Assembly (NCBI RefSeq): GCF_030028105.1
Contig: NC_092372.1
Location: 102,056,687-102,120,686, forward strand
DNA: 64,000 nt
DNA from: Mobula birostris
Lineage: Eukaryota
Reading direction: 5' to 3'
Below, piece by piece: positions 39,239 through 51,994 of this stretch (positions are counted from its first letter, which is position 1; each line of letters begins with the position of its first letter). Both the position numbers and the translations under genes were made by a program. The notes beneath the pieces are model-generated. The model was given only the letters and a program-made list of their open reading frames with translations, was not told the DNA's origin and did no database searches.

Positions 39239-39391
39239 TTCAATTAGAGCAGAAACTGGGCTGCATGGTGCATGTTATTTTTGCGTTGTTTTCTAGGACA
39301 AATGAACATCGATGACCATGTGTGACTTGCTCAAATATTGTGACTTTCCTTGTGGAGAAAACAAAAAAAAAAGCAGTAACGTGTAATAGCA

Positions 39392-42300
39392 TGCATAAGA
39401 CCGTAAGAGCATAAGATGTACAAATTCATGCCATTGAATCTCATCCGCCATTCCAGTATGGCTGATTTATTATCCCTGTTAAACCCATTCTCCTGCCTTC
39501 TCTCTGTAACCTTTGACACCATGACTAATCAAGAACCTGTCACCGTCCAGAGCAAATGTATTCAATAACCTGGCCTTCACAGCCATCCACAGAAAAGAGT
39601 TGCACAGATTCACCACTCACTGGTGAAAGAAATTCCTTCTCATCTGTTCTAAATGGACATCATCTATTCTGAGGACGAGCCTTCTGGTCCTAGACAACCC
39701 CACTAGAGAAAACATTATCTCTGTCCAGGCCTTTCAATATTCAATACTTTTCAATGAGATCCCTCCTCATTCTTCTAAACTCCACTTAGGAGTTGAGGAG
39801 GGAGGAGAAGATGGTGACGCGACGGCAGCGCGTGCGGCCACTTCAGTGATGATGTCTGTTATCCGTCAAGTAGAGGACTGTGCACAATACTGATTTGATG
39901 GACACAGACGTGAGAGCACAGAGGAACATCTGGAAAACTTCTGAAATGCCCGCTTCGCTGCAGCTGCTACTGTGTGGTAACTGGAAACCCCGGAGCTGAA
40001 GGCCCCGAAATCCTCGGCTTTGCGTGTTTCAGCAGCCGAGGTGAGGTCCAAGGCACTCAGCAGAGGATGGCACTCGGGAGGCTGCTCAGAAGCTCGAAGT
40101 TTTCGGACGAATGGACTCAATGTTGGCTGTGGTCGGCTGCTTCCAAGGCATCGGCAAGTTGACGGTGCCTGGAGGTTCATGGCAGGGAGCTTCTCCCTTT
40201 TGCCGCCGCTATCGGGGACTCGGGAGTCGATCGACTCGGGGACTTTTGAGACTTTATTTACCGTGCCATGGTTTGTTCTTCATCAAATTATGGTATTGCT
40301 TTGCACAGCTGTAACTATATGTTATAATTATGTGGTTCTATCACTGTTAGTCTTTGGTTTGTCCTGTTTTCTGTGATATCACTCTGGAGAAACATTGTAT
40401 CATTTCTTAATACATGTATGCATTTCTAAATGACAATAAAAAGAGGACTGAGTGTTCTCATCATCCAATCTAAAGGCCCACAGCTATCAAATGCTCGGTA
40501 TACCTTAACCCTTTCATTCATGGATTTTTTTTTTCTCTCTTGAACCTCCTCTGGACACTCTCCCATGCCAACACATCTTTTCTTAGATATGGGACCAAAA
40601 ACTGCTCACAATACTCCAAGTGCAGTCTGACCAGTGCCATACAAACGCTCAGCTAATAGTCCTCAAAATGAATGCTAATATTACATTTGCTTTCCTTACA
40701 CCAACTCAACCTGCAAGTTAATCTTTTGGGAATCCTGCACAAGGATTCTCAAGTCCCTTTATACCTCTGATTTTTGAATGTTCTCCCATTTAGAAAACTT
40801 TATGTGCTTTTATTCCTTTTACGAGAGTGCATGGCCATACACTCCCCTTCACTGTATTCCATTTTCCACTTCTTTGCCAATTCTCCCTATCCAAGTCCTT
40901 CTGCTGACTCATTGCTTCCTCAGTTCCACCTGTCCCTCCACCTATCTTTGTATCATTTGCAAACTTTGTCACAAAGCCATCAATTCCATCATCCAAATCA
41001 TTGACATATAATGTAAAAATAAGTTGTCCCAATACTGACCCCTGTCACTGGCAGTCACCAGTTCTAGTCACCAGCAGCCAACCAGGATAGGACCCCTTTA
41101 TTCCCACTCTTTGCCTCCTGCCAGTCAGCCAATATTCTATCCATCCTAGTATCTTTCCTGTAATACCATGGGGTCTTATCGTATCAAAGGCCTTCTGAAA
41201 ATCCAAGCAAACAACATCCACTGACTCTTTGTGTATCCTGCCTGTTATATCCTCAAAAAATTCCAACAGATTTTTCAGGCAAGGTTTCCCCTTAAGGAAA
41301 CCATGCTGAATTTGGCCAATTTTATCATGTTCCTCCAAGTATCCTGAAATTTCATCCCTAGTAATGGATTCCATCACCTTCACAACCATTGAAGTCAGGC
41401 TATAATTTCCTTTCTTCTGCCTCCCTCCTTTCTTAAAAGAGTGGAGTAACATTTGCAAGTTCCCAATCTCGGAAACCATTCCTGCATCTAGTGATTCTTG
41501 AAAGATCATTACTAATGCCTCTACAATCTCTTCAGCTACCTCTTTCAGAAACTTGCTGTGTAGTCTATCTGGTCCATGTGCCTTTTCTATCTTAAGAGCT
41601 TTCAGCTTCCCAAGCATCTCCTCCTTAGTAATAACAATTACATTCACCTCTTCCCCCACTACTCTAGAGTTTTGGCATACTGATAGTTTCTTCCACAGTG
41701 AAGAGAGAGGCAAAATACTTATTAAGTTTGTGTGCCATTTCTTTGTCCCCCATTACTACCTCTCCATTATCATTTTTAGCAGTCCAATAGCCACTCTTGT
41801 CTCGCTTTTACTCTGTACATATTTGAAAAAACATGTTGCATCCTCTTTGATATTATTGGATACCTCTTTTTCAGATTTCATCTTTTGTTTCCTAATCATT
41901 TCTTTCTCATTGTCCTCCATTGGTTTTTAGAAGCTTCCCAATCCTCCAACTTCCCACTTCTTTTTGCTATATTATATGCTCACTCTTTTGCTTTGATATT
42001 GCACTGCTTGACTGCTTCTCAGCTGAAGTTGCCTCATTCTCCTTTCAGAATACTTGTTCATCTTTGAGATGTATCTATCCTGCACCTTCCAAATTGTCCT
42101 CATAAGCTCCAGCCATTCCTGTTTTGCCATCACCCCTGCTAGTCTCCCCTTCCAATTAACCTTGGCCAACTCCTCTCTCATTCCTAAGTCCCTTTACTCT
42201 ACTGAAATATTGATACATCTGACTTCATCTTGTCCCTCTCAAACTGCATGGTGAATTGCCTCATATTAGTCCTTTACCTTAAGCTCCCTAATCAAAACTG

Positions 42301-43040
42301 GTTCAATATACAACACCTATTCCAGATTTGCCTTTCTTCTATAATGAACTCACCACAAACTGTTCTAAAAAGCCATCTCGTGGGCTGTTCCATTCTGCAA
42401 ATTCCATCTCTTTGGATGCAGCACCAAAATGATTTTCTCAATCTGCCTGCATATTGAAATCCCCCTTCGCTATTGTAACATTGCCCTTTTTACATGCCTT
42501 TTCTACCTCCCATTTAAATTTAGATCCCATATCCTGGGTACTGTTTGAAATCCTGAATATAACTCCCATCGGTGTCTTTTTATCCTTACAGTTTCTTAAT
42601 TTACTTGCAAAGATTCTACATTTTCCAATCCTATGTCACCTCTTTCTAAGGATTTGATTTAACCTTTTACCAACAGGGCCACCCCACCCCCTCTGCCAAC
42701 CTGTCTGTCCTTTTGATACAATATGCATCCTTTAATGTTTAGCTCCCAACATCTTCTTTCAGCCATGACTCAGTGATACCCACAACATCATACCTGCCAA
42801 TCTAACTATGGTACAAGATCATCTACCTTATTCCATAAACTGTGTGCATTCAAATATAATACCTTCAGGCCTGTATTCATCACTCTTTTGATTTTGCCCC
42901 CATGTTACACTTCAACTCATCCCACTGACTGCAACTTTGCCCTAACATCTGCCTGTCCTTCTTCACAGTCTCATTACACACTGCCTCTACTTGTATGCCA
43001 ATTCCCCCATTCTAAGCCCTATCACCCCAAATTAGTTTAA
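39392..43040 (-). mobile_element. Older decayed CR1 LINE
   Basis: Fragments QHGFLKGKPCL, CLDFQKAFD, KFANDTKIGG and MREELAKVNWKG, with a CTTATG tail near 39400. Same family as the 16425 element, in the opposite orientation. Confidence 0.88.
39790..40472 (+). mobile_element. Unclassified non-autonomous retroposon inserted in the CR1
   Basis: CpG-rich head starting GAAGATGGTGACGCG and an AT-rich tail with ACAATAAA, ending catccaatctaa. It interrupts CR1 3' sequence (ctaaactcca ... aggcccacagc). Confidence 0.55.
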
Positions 43041-43125
43041 ACAAGCCAAATCCCCTTTCCCAAACTACCCCACTGTCACCAACTTGGAGAGCCAATCTGA
43101 CCCCACCACTCATCCAGTGACCCTT

Positions 43126-43398
43126 TATTTACTGATTGATTGAGATACAGTGTGTAGTAGGCCCTTCGGGCCCTTTGAGCCATACCATACAGCAACACAC
43201 CAATTCACACCTTAGCCTAATCACTAGACAATTTACAATGACCAACCAACCAGTACATCGTTGGACAGTGGGAGGAAACCGGAGCACCCAGAAGGAACTC
43301 GAGCGGTCACGGGGAGAAAGTACAAACTCCTTACAGGCAGCATCGGGAATTCAACCCAGGTCGTGTTATGCTGACCGTTACGCTGCTGTGCTGGCTAC
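43126..43398 (-). mobile_element. tRNA-derived V-domain SINE
   Basis: Contains ggaggaaaccggagcacc...cggtcacggggagaa...tacaaactccttacag...gggaattcaaccc, the same family as the 15085 copy. Confidence 0.8.
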
Positions 43399-43599
43399 CT
43401 TTCAATCCCCAGCTATCAACATCATCCCAACAACCAACAGCAACCTGGCAAAGCAGATCCCAAGATAAAAGTTATCAAGCCATGACTACCATCTCCCCCT
43501 GGCTACCAACGCTACACTACACACATTGCATTCATCCCCGCCCCCCCCCCCCAAGTCAACTTGCTTGATTGGGTTTCCTTTGTGTATTCCACAATTCTC

Positions 43600-44620
43600 A
43601 TATTTAATCACTGTTCAGGATTTAGCAATGCAACCACTTGCAGCCTGTCTCTAAATCATTCAGAAGCTAGTGGTGAGCTATCTGCTCAGCCCCTATCATG
43701 CTGTTGAGAAGGGAGTTCCATGAAGTACACTCAATGACAATAAGGAGCACGGATGTATTTCCAAATCAGGATGAATCACACCTTTCTGATGTTGCCCTCT
43801 GACTGCTGGTAAAGGTCACACCTGTGATAGGTTGCTGTCAGAGTAGCATTTTGCAAATGGTATACATTTTAGCCCCTGTAGAAGTGTGGTGGGCGGAAAT
43901 AAACTATCTGACAAAGGGAATAAAGTGAATTGCTTTGTTCCGAATGGTGATAAATTTACTGAGTTACACTCATGCAGGCAAGGGAAGGCCAGTGTCTTCT
44001 GATCTATGTCTTCTAGATTTGTAGCAAGGCTTCGAGTGTCTGGAGTTGGGTCACTCGTGTATATCAGTGCACATGATGCATAAAGTATTTTCTTATACTT
44101 ATACACTTAGTAAGAATGTGGCTGGCCCAGCTGAGTTTTGGTCTGTTGGTCTGTGCTAACTGCCAGGATTATAACAGTGGGGAACTTCTCGTGAGATGGT
44201 TAAATTCTCTGTTGTCAATGATGTTTTTATGGCGTGAATATTACTTAGCACTTATCGGCCAAGCCTGAACATTATCCAGGTCTTGCTGCACACACACACA
44301 CACATGGACTGGTTCATTTGCTGAGGAATTACAAATATTATCCAACATCGTACAACTGTCCGAGGTAATTGATGAGGCTGTAACAATGGCTGAGCCTAAG
44401 ACATAGCCCTGAAGATATGGTGCTTGACCTCTACAACCACAACCACTTTCTTTGGTGCAAAGTACAACCACTGCCTTTGTAAAATCAGCCTCTTAATGTC
44501 CACTGACATGAGGTTCACCAGGACTCCTTGTATTCAAGGGCAACAATTTTCACCTCTGGAAGTTAGATCTTGAGGGAATGTTTGGGTAACAGTAAGAAGT
44601 CTGGAGCCACTTGGCTAGCG
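43600..44620 (-). mobile_element. Very old CR1/L2-like LINE remnant
   Basis: ORF 44241-44471 contains QGYVLGS and QQDLDNVQAW, which are degenerate RT motifs. Boundaries uncertain. Confidence 0.45.
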
Positions 44621-45032
44621 GGTGATGTGGACCACATGAGCTATTAATTGTCTTGTCTTTTACAAGATGCATCGATCCCTTCAAGCCCTTTATCATAGTC
44701 TGTTTTTCAATCCATCTGCACTATTTGACTATTTCTGAGCACCAACACTGAGCTAAATCCAAATCAAAACACTTGCTTACAATCACATATTTCTGAATAT
44801 AAGTTTTAATTTCCTTTTGTGCCTTTGAGAGCAATCTATAATGTCCAAAGATATCTGCAGGAGAAAGGAACACCTGAGCAAACATTAATCCTTTAAATTC
44901 AGAAGTTAAGGCAGAGATGGCAAACAAGAGGAGCTTGTCTTGTTAGAATCCAGCAACAACTGAAAATTGACTTCCTTCAAAGTATAATTTTAACAAGATA
45001 ATGGAGCATGAAGCCAGGTTTTTGCTGTAGTC

Positions 45033-45828
45033 CGCAAACACGAGGAAATCTGCAGATGCTGGAATTTCAAGCAACACACATCAAAGTTGCTGGTGAATGC
45101 AGCAGGCCAGGCAGCATCTCTAGGAAGGGGTACAGTCGACGTTTCGGGCCAAGACCCTTTGTCAGGACTAACTGAAAGAAGAGCTAGTAAGAGATTTGAA
45201 AGTGGGAGAGATCCAAAATGATAGGAGAAGACAGGAGGGGGAGGGATGGAGCCGAGAGCTGGACAGGTGATTGGCAAAAGGCATATGAGAGCATCATGGG
45301 ACAGGAGGCCCAGGGAGAAGGAAAAGGGAGAGGGGGGAAACCAGAGGATGGGCAAGGGGTATAGTGAGGGGGACAGAGGGAGAAAAAGGAGAGAGAGAGA
45401 GAAAGAATGTGTGTATATAAATAAATAACGCATGGGGTATGAGGGGGAGGTGGGGCATTAGTGGAAGTTAGAGAAGTCAATGTTCATGCCATCAGGTTGG
45501 AGGCTACCCAGATGGAATATAAGGTGTTGTTCCTCCAACCTGAGTGTGGCTTCATCTTTACAGTAGAGGAGGCCGTGGATAGACATATCAGAATGGGAAT
45601 GGGACGTGGAATTAAAATGTGTGGCCACTGGAAGATCCTGCTTTCTCTGGCAGACAGAGCGTAGGTGTTCAGCGAGATGATCTCCCAATCTGTGTCGGGG
45701 CTCGCCAATATATAGAAGACCGCATCGGGAGCACCGTACGCAGTATATCACCCCAGCCGACTCACAGGTGAAGTGTTGCCTCACCTGGAAGGACTGTCTG
45801 GGGCCCTGAATAATAGTGAGGGAGGAAA
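45033..45828 (-). mobile_element. Penelope-like element 3' portion (GIY-YIG + pLTR tail)
   Basis: ORF 45458-45784 (GVIYCVRCSRCGLLYIG...EQHLIFHLGSLQPDGMNIDF). It is a closely similar reverse-complement copy of about 25480-26284. Confidence 0.92.
45134..45169 (-). ncRNA. Hammerhead motif with G8->A lesion
   Basis: Minus strand reads AGTC-CTGACAA-A-GGGT(CTTG)GCCC-GAAAC-GTC-GACT. Confidence 0.65.
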
Positions 45829-46202
45829 TTAAAACTTATATTCAACTTTTATGTGTTTTGCTCTAGTCCTCTGTTCTTTCAACGTTCATCAGGAAACATA
45901 GCAAAAATTTCAAATCTATGTCTTCTTATAACTTAGTTTTCAACCTATATAATATGTAGATAGGTCCTTAGTTAGAAAAAAAAGAATATGTTTGGCTGTT
46001 CATTGAGCAAAACTGTCTCCATACTAACTTTTTAACAGAATCTGGAGTGCCCACATTAAACTGCAAGCATTTCTGAATTATAATTATTGCTTTGGACTGC
46101 TTTCCCCCCCCCCCCCCCACCCGAATACTGTAAAAGTAATGACAGGAAATATGGGTTATAAAATGAAAGGCAGAATAAATAAACATTATGAACTGGAATA
46201 TA

Positions 46203-46707
46203 TACTCAGAGGCCACTAAATTAAGTAAATCCTGTATAGTGGCCACTGAGTGTTATTTTTATACACTCAGGCCTTCTGCTGCAAGATTCCAATGTGTTGT
46301 ACATTCAGAGAAGCTCACCTGCACACCACTTTTGTAACTTCTGGTTATTTGAGTTACTGCTGCCTTCATGTCAGTTTGAACCAGTCTGGCTATTTTCCTC
46401 TGACCTCTCAAGGCATTTTCATTCACAGAACTGCCACTCACTGAATGATTTTGTGTTTTTCGCACCATTTCCATAAACCTTAGAGATCGTTGTGCATGAA
46501 AATCCCAGAAGATCAGCAGTTTCTGAGATACTCAAACCACCCCATCTGGCACCATGGGTGAAGTCACCTAGACACTTTCTTCACTATTCTGATGTTTGGT
46601 CTGAACATCAACTGAACCTCTTGACCATGCTTTTATGCAATGAGTTGCTGCCACATGATTGGCTAATTAGATATTTGCATTACCAAATAAAGTGTCCACA
46701 GAGTGTA
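46203..46707 (-). mobile_element. Tc1-like non-autonomous transposon
   Basis: TIR-like ends TACTCAGAGGCCACT... and ...AATAAAGTGTCCACAGAGTG-TA. ORF 46259-46474 (RGQRKIARLVQTDMKAAVTQIT...SECTT) resembles the second Tc1 HTH. Confidence 0.75.
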
Positions 46708-47269
46708 AACAACATATCCAATATTATTCACAATATGCTATAATGACTCTCAGAATGCAAGCACAAAATGTGCAATAGATAAAAACTGAGTTGTGAAGAA
46801 ATCCTTCAACTTCTCATACACATTTATTCTCTTTATTGCTGAACAGGTAATACTCCATTGCTGAGAAGTTAAATACAAAGTCTTGCACATAAACCTCATT
46901 CATTCCACAGTTTCCTCGAGGATCCGCCACTTGCAGCTTTGTAACTCGCACCCTATGAAAACTTAAGTACATTAAAGTATTTGCTGCCTGTTTCCTAATG
47001 GATAGAATGATTTTTCATCCAATATCGTGGTTCTAACTGAAGCACAGAGGTTTCTAATCCACATGGCCATGGATTAAATTCTTATCAATGTTTAAGAATC
47101 CCTCCATGACTTAGTTTACTTCCTTAAAAGTGCCATTAAAATGCAAATTATATTAATGAGCTAAGGAAGCATGCTGTTATGCAGTGCCTCAGTCTTAATC
47201 AAAGTATATGCTCTCACTCATGGTCGATGAGGATAAGTTCTAATAAGCTTCTAAAGCTGGGTCACTGTA

Positions 47270-48232
47270 CCTCCCTCTGCCAGTTGGATCCTTGACTTCC
47301 TCATCAAGAGAGCACAATCAGTATAGATCAGTGATAACAACTCTTCCTTGCTGACAGTCAACATAGGCATACCTGAAAGATGCATGCATGCTTAGCTCAC
47401 TGCTCTATTCTCGATGCTCACGGCTGTGTATTAAGCACATTTCAGATGCCATCTAAAAATTCACAGATGACACCTCTGTTATTGATAAAATCTCAGATAG
47501 CCACGAGGAAGCATAGAGAAGTGAGATAGATTTGCTGGTTGATGGTGTCGCAACAACAACTTTGCACTCACCAAGACCAACAAAATGATTGTGGTTTTCA
47601 GGCAGAGGAGATCAGGAGAACATGCACTTGTCCACACTGAGGGATCAGCAGTGGAAAGGCTGAGCAGCTTTAAGTTCCTAGGTGTTAACATCTCCAAGGA
47701 TCTGTCCTGGGCACAGCTCACTGATGCAATCATGGAGGAGAAATGCCAGTAGCACTACTTCATTAGGAGTGTGAGGAGGTTTGATATATCACTAAAGATG
47801 CTTCGAAATTTCTATAGATATATGGTGGAAAATTCACTTACTGCATCACAGCCCAGTATGAAGGTACCAATGCACAGGATCATATGAGGCTTCAGAGCCT
47901 TGAAGACACGGTGAGCTCCATTAAAGGCACAAGCCTCCACACCAATGAGGACATCTTCCAAAGGAAGTGCCTCAAGAAGGTAGTGAGTAATCAGGGAGGA
48001 GGTACCAGAGCCTGAAAACCTACATTCAATGATTCAGAAACAGCATCATCCTCTCTGCCATCAGATTTCTGAATGGTCCATGAAGTCATAAACACTATTT
48101 CATTCTTCCTTTTTTTTTTAAACTGTTTAATTATTTTGTCATTTATAGTAACCTTACATCTTTGCACTGTACTGCCGCAAAACAACGAATTTCACATCAT
48201 ATACAACAACGATAACAAGTCTGATTCTGATT
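47270..48232 (+). mobile_element. Rex-Babar-like LINE 3' portion, decayed
   Basis: Same motif order as 36655-37800 (tggatccttgacttcct, tcacagatgacacc, ttcctaggtgt, ctgtcctgg) and a (TCTGAT)n tail. Confidence 0.8.
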
Positions 48233-48242
48233 CCAAAGAGAG

Positions 48243-48452
48243 TGCAGATGCTGCAATCTGGAGCAGCACACAAAAGGCTGGAGGAATTCAGTGAGTCTGG
48301 CAGTATCTGTGGAGGGAAATTGACGGTCGACAGTTTCCGTTGATAGGCTTTTTCAGGACAGTGGAATGAAGGGTCTCAACCCTGAGCACCAACTCTCCAT
48401 TTTCCCTCCGTAGATGCTGCCTAACCTGCTGTATTCCTCCAGCTTTTTGTGT
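48243..48452. repeat. Inverted pair of degenerate Penelope pLTR-tail fragments
   Basis: cacacaaaaggctggaggaat...ggcagtatctgtggagggaaa pairs with tttccctccgtagatgctgcc...attcctccagctttttgtgtg. Decayed hammerhead remnants lie at the centre. Confidence 0.65.
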
Positions 48453-51131
48453 GAAGCTACAGTTGCTGCCTATGAATCCATGCTAGGAATGGAAAACGTT
48501 AAATTGTCCATCATGTACAAGGTGTAATTATTATCTTGATGAGTGCCTGTTTGTAAAAAAGCTATGCTTTTCTCCAGCCTGAATCAGCGTCTCTGAGGAG
48601 AAACCTGGAAATGGGTGCAACTGAATATCAAAGAATCTGTATTTTTTTGTAATCTTTACTCAAATTCAGGGAATTCACGAAGATTTATTATTAATGCTAA
48701 ACTTGTAACATAGGGAAATTGCCAATCGGTACATAAACAAGGCCGCATAATGTGAAAGGAGATCATTGATGGGATATTATAGAGCATAATAAATTACATG
48801 AATGAGCAGTCAGTTTGGTTTTGATGAGAGATAGTTGCTTGCTAGGACACTGCACATGTTAAGAGATCAAAAAGAGAGAAGAGCCAAAAAAAATCCCTCA
48901 TTGCACAGTCTCTGAGTACTGAGCTCTGAGTTACTTTCAACATAATTTCCCTGGTATTTCTTCAGTATTTGAATCATCTACGACACAAAAACAAAACCTC
49001 TATGTTGGTCAAAGGCCACTTCCTCTTTGGACTAAGTGTTGGCATTAAGTATGCATAAACCACGATCACTGATTACCCACAGTATCATCCAGAGGGTTCC
49101 CTTTTTTTTCCACTTCCTAAATCATCAAATTTGTTCGAAAACGTATTGCCAAACTGGTCTTAACTGCTTAGCAGCTTGGTAGCATGGACTCATATGGAAG
49201 TTGAAAGAATGTAATTTGAGTCAACTGTGGTTCCCTTTGGGTCGCAGAGTGGAAATATGTCTCTACCAAAGGAAGTGAAAGGCGCTCCAACCCTACTTAG
49301 CCCCCTTGAAGCCATGAGAGCAGGTGGTGGATGGTCATATGAGCTGCTGGTGTATATCACGAGTCCTGGTTATGCAACCACTGACGCCAAGCAGACAATC
49401 TCTGAAGAGTACTGATAATGGCAGGATTCACTCTGCCTTCCAGAATCTTCTCAGAGACTGCAGAGCACTGGAACACCTAAACGATCTCCAAACAGCAAAT
49501 CACAGGCTCCAACAGCTCCAGAATCACATCCAAGATGAAAAATAAATGTAAAAGACATAAAATAAGTGAAATATATGGTTTTGTAATCTATCCAGAAGAT
49601 GCTGACTAAAGAAGCGTTGTAAGCAGGCACCATCTTTTCCACAGATGCTGCCTGACCTGCTGATTTATTCTAGCATTTTGTGTGTTGCTTTGGATTTCTA
49701 GTATCTGCAGATTTTCTCGTGTTTGTCACATAATGATGATGATTATGTTGTTCCCTTAAAACTAACAGACAAGTTCAAGAGGCATTTTTAGACGAATGCA
49801 AAGCCTTTCATACTAAAAGAGTGTGCTAGTGATAATTTTTGGTCACACTTTTGGATGCTTCTGCAGATGACTTCCGATCAGAAACAATGAATGGACATTT
49901 CCAACTGGACTGTGAAAAAATGGAAATGGGTCTGTTATTGAGAATTAACTGAAAATCTTTGTTATCTCCACTGAAAAGATGGAGGAGTTAAGGTTCGCAG
50001 AATAAGCCATTTTTATGATGAGTTGTTTGTATAAAAAAAGCAAGATAGAATAGGAATTTAGTGGGTGAGGAAATGGATAGTTATCTTCTTGGGTCAGGAC
50101 CTTTCACTGAACAATAGAGGGGATGTTGCCAGTGTAACCTTTCTGAAGCTAAAATATCAAACTATCCATTTCACCCAGCAAGATGTTGGAGGAAATCAGG
50201 TGCTTGATTTCTGCTCCAGATTTCAGCACTTGTAGTCTCTTGTGTCTCCAGGAACCTTACCATGTTTTGATTTCTGAACATTTTCAAAAAAGAACAATTA
50301 CATTTGAGGTAGTCCCTGCTCAATCAAAAGCTGATATATCGATTAGGCTTGCAGTTACTGAGGTGAATCCAGAATGTGAATTTACAAGTTGGCATAAGTT
50401 AATGAGATACAGGATTATTTATCAGATTCAGAAGGGCACATGGAGGAGAGTGGAGAAGCTGCGTACAAGACTCGATAGATTAACACTTTTCTCCTGGCTA
50501 GAGTTAATAGCCAAGAAGTAAACTGAGGAAAGTAGTAACACAGAATACTAACCTGATAGTCAAAACATGTGCAATCACATTTTGAAATCACACCATGTTC
50601 CTAAGACTTGTCATTTCAGTTAGTCATAATAATGTATATAAGACTGCAGACCTGCCACATCTTTCAATGAATATTTTATTCCCTAAAAATCAATATCAGC
50701 ACCTATAGTCAAAATCTCTCCTTTCATTTTCGGACTGTTTTTCTTTTCAGTCATCAGTCTTTAAGTGGATTGGATTATCATTCAAAATGGTTAAGTTTCC
50801 CCCCCACCCCAGAAAGGATCTTAAGAACAGTAATGACAGAGAGTATCATTGTTTGACAACACAGTTTAGACACACAAAAGACTGCTGATGTGGCATATGG
50901 AACAACAAACTATCTGCTAAAGGAATCCAAAACATCAACAATTCCTTCCCCACACCCCCCATCCCATTGAGTTCATCCACTGGATTGTTTGCAATGATAC
51001 AGCCAATACTGTATTGAACTGTTCCCACAGCAGCACAAAGGTCAACTTTAATGGATTAAATAAACTGTCAGCTGTTTAATAGGTCAACACCTATAACAGC
51101 AAAAATGTGCAAAGTAAAAATGTACTAGAGA

Positions 51132-51748
51132 ATCAGCACCTCATAGTTTGCCTGGGTCGTCTTCAATCTGATGGCGTGAACACCCAATTCCCCATTTTCA
51201 GGTAAACAAGTTCCCACTATTCGCTTCTCTTCTCTGATCTATCCAGGCCATCTCACACATACTCATCCTTCCAATTCCCAATCCACTTGCACCCAATTTC
51301 ATTCCTCTCCCCCAGCCACTCCATCTGCCAATCACCTACACACCATCTCACTGGGTGCCCTCCCCTACTGCTTCCCATCAGCCCATCCCACCTCCCCTTA
51401 CTTGGTTCCATACTCCACCTTCCTTCCCCATCAGATTTTATTATCTGCAGCCCTTTGATGCCTCCATATATCACCTCCCAGCCTCCATCGCTATTTCCAC
51501 CCATCCCTCTTCCATTTATCTGCCTATCAGCTGGATCCATCTGTCACTTACCAGCTCTTGCCCCAACCCTCCTTCTCAACTCTTTATACTGGTCATCTCC
51601 CCTCTACCCTATCAGCCCAGTCAAGAGGTCTCAACCCAAAACAATGACTGCCTTTTTTCTCTCTACAGATGCTGCCTGACTCACACATTTCCAGCTGCAG
51701 CTCAATTTTTGCTCCAGATTCTGGTACCTGCAGTCCTGTGTGTCTCAG
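51132..51748 (+). mobile_element. Older Penelope-like 3' fragment
   Basis: Starts with a degenerate QHLIVCLGRLQSDGVN C-terminus, then a pyrimidine-rich UTR and a cagatgctgcctgac tail. Confidence 0.65.
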
Positions 51749-51994
51749 GGTCATGAAGCTCAGGGTAGTCTACAGAAACATACATGTACTTTGACAATAA
51801 ATTAACTTTCAACTTCCAAAATATTATTTTGGGTGTTTTACACAGAGTATGTCAGATAAATGCCAACCAGAAATGATTAATGCTTCTGAATTAATCTTCA
51901 TAATTTTCTGTAATTCCAACTCAAAGATTAAAAGTGCCCAACAAATGAAGAGACCAAATGATTGAGCAGATTGGCAAGTTAATGGACGATGTTA

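Noticed and set aside
37913-39315. Long Cys-, Pro- or Arg-rich ORFs (up to 373 aa), or a CRISPR-like array
   Set aside because: These are artefacts of a 33-bp tandem repeat. Frames are broken by +1 units, there are no unique spacers and no cas genes, and the context is a eukaryotic intron.
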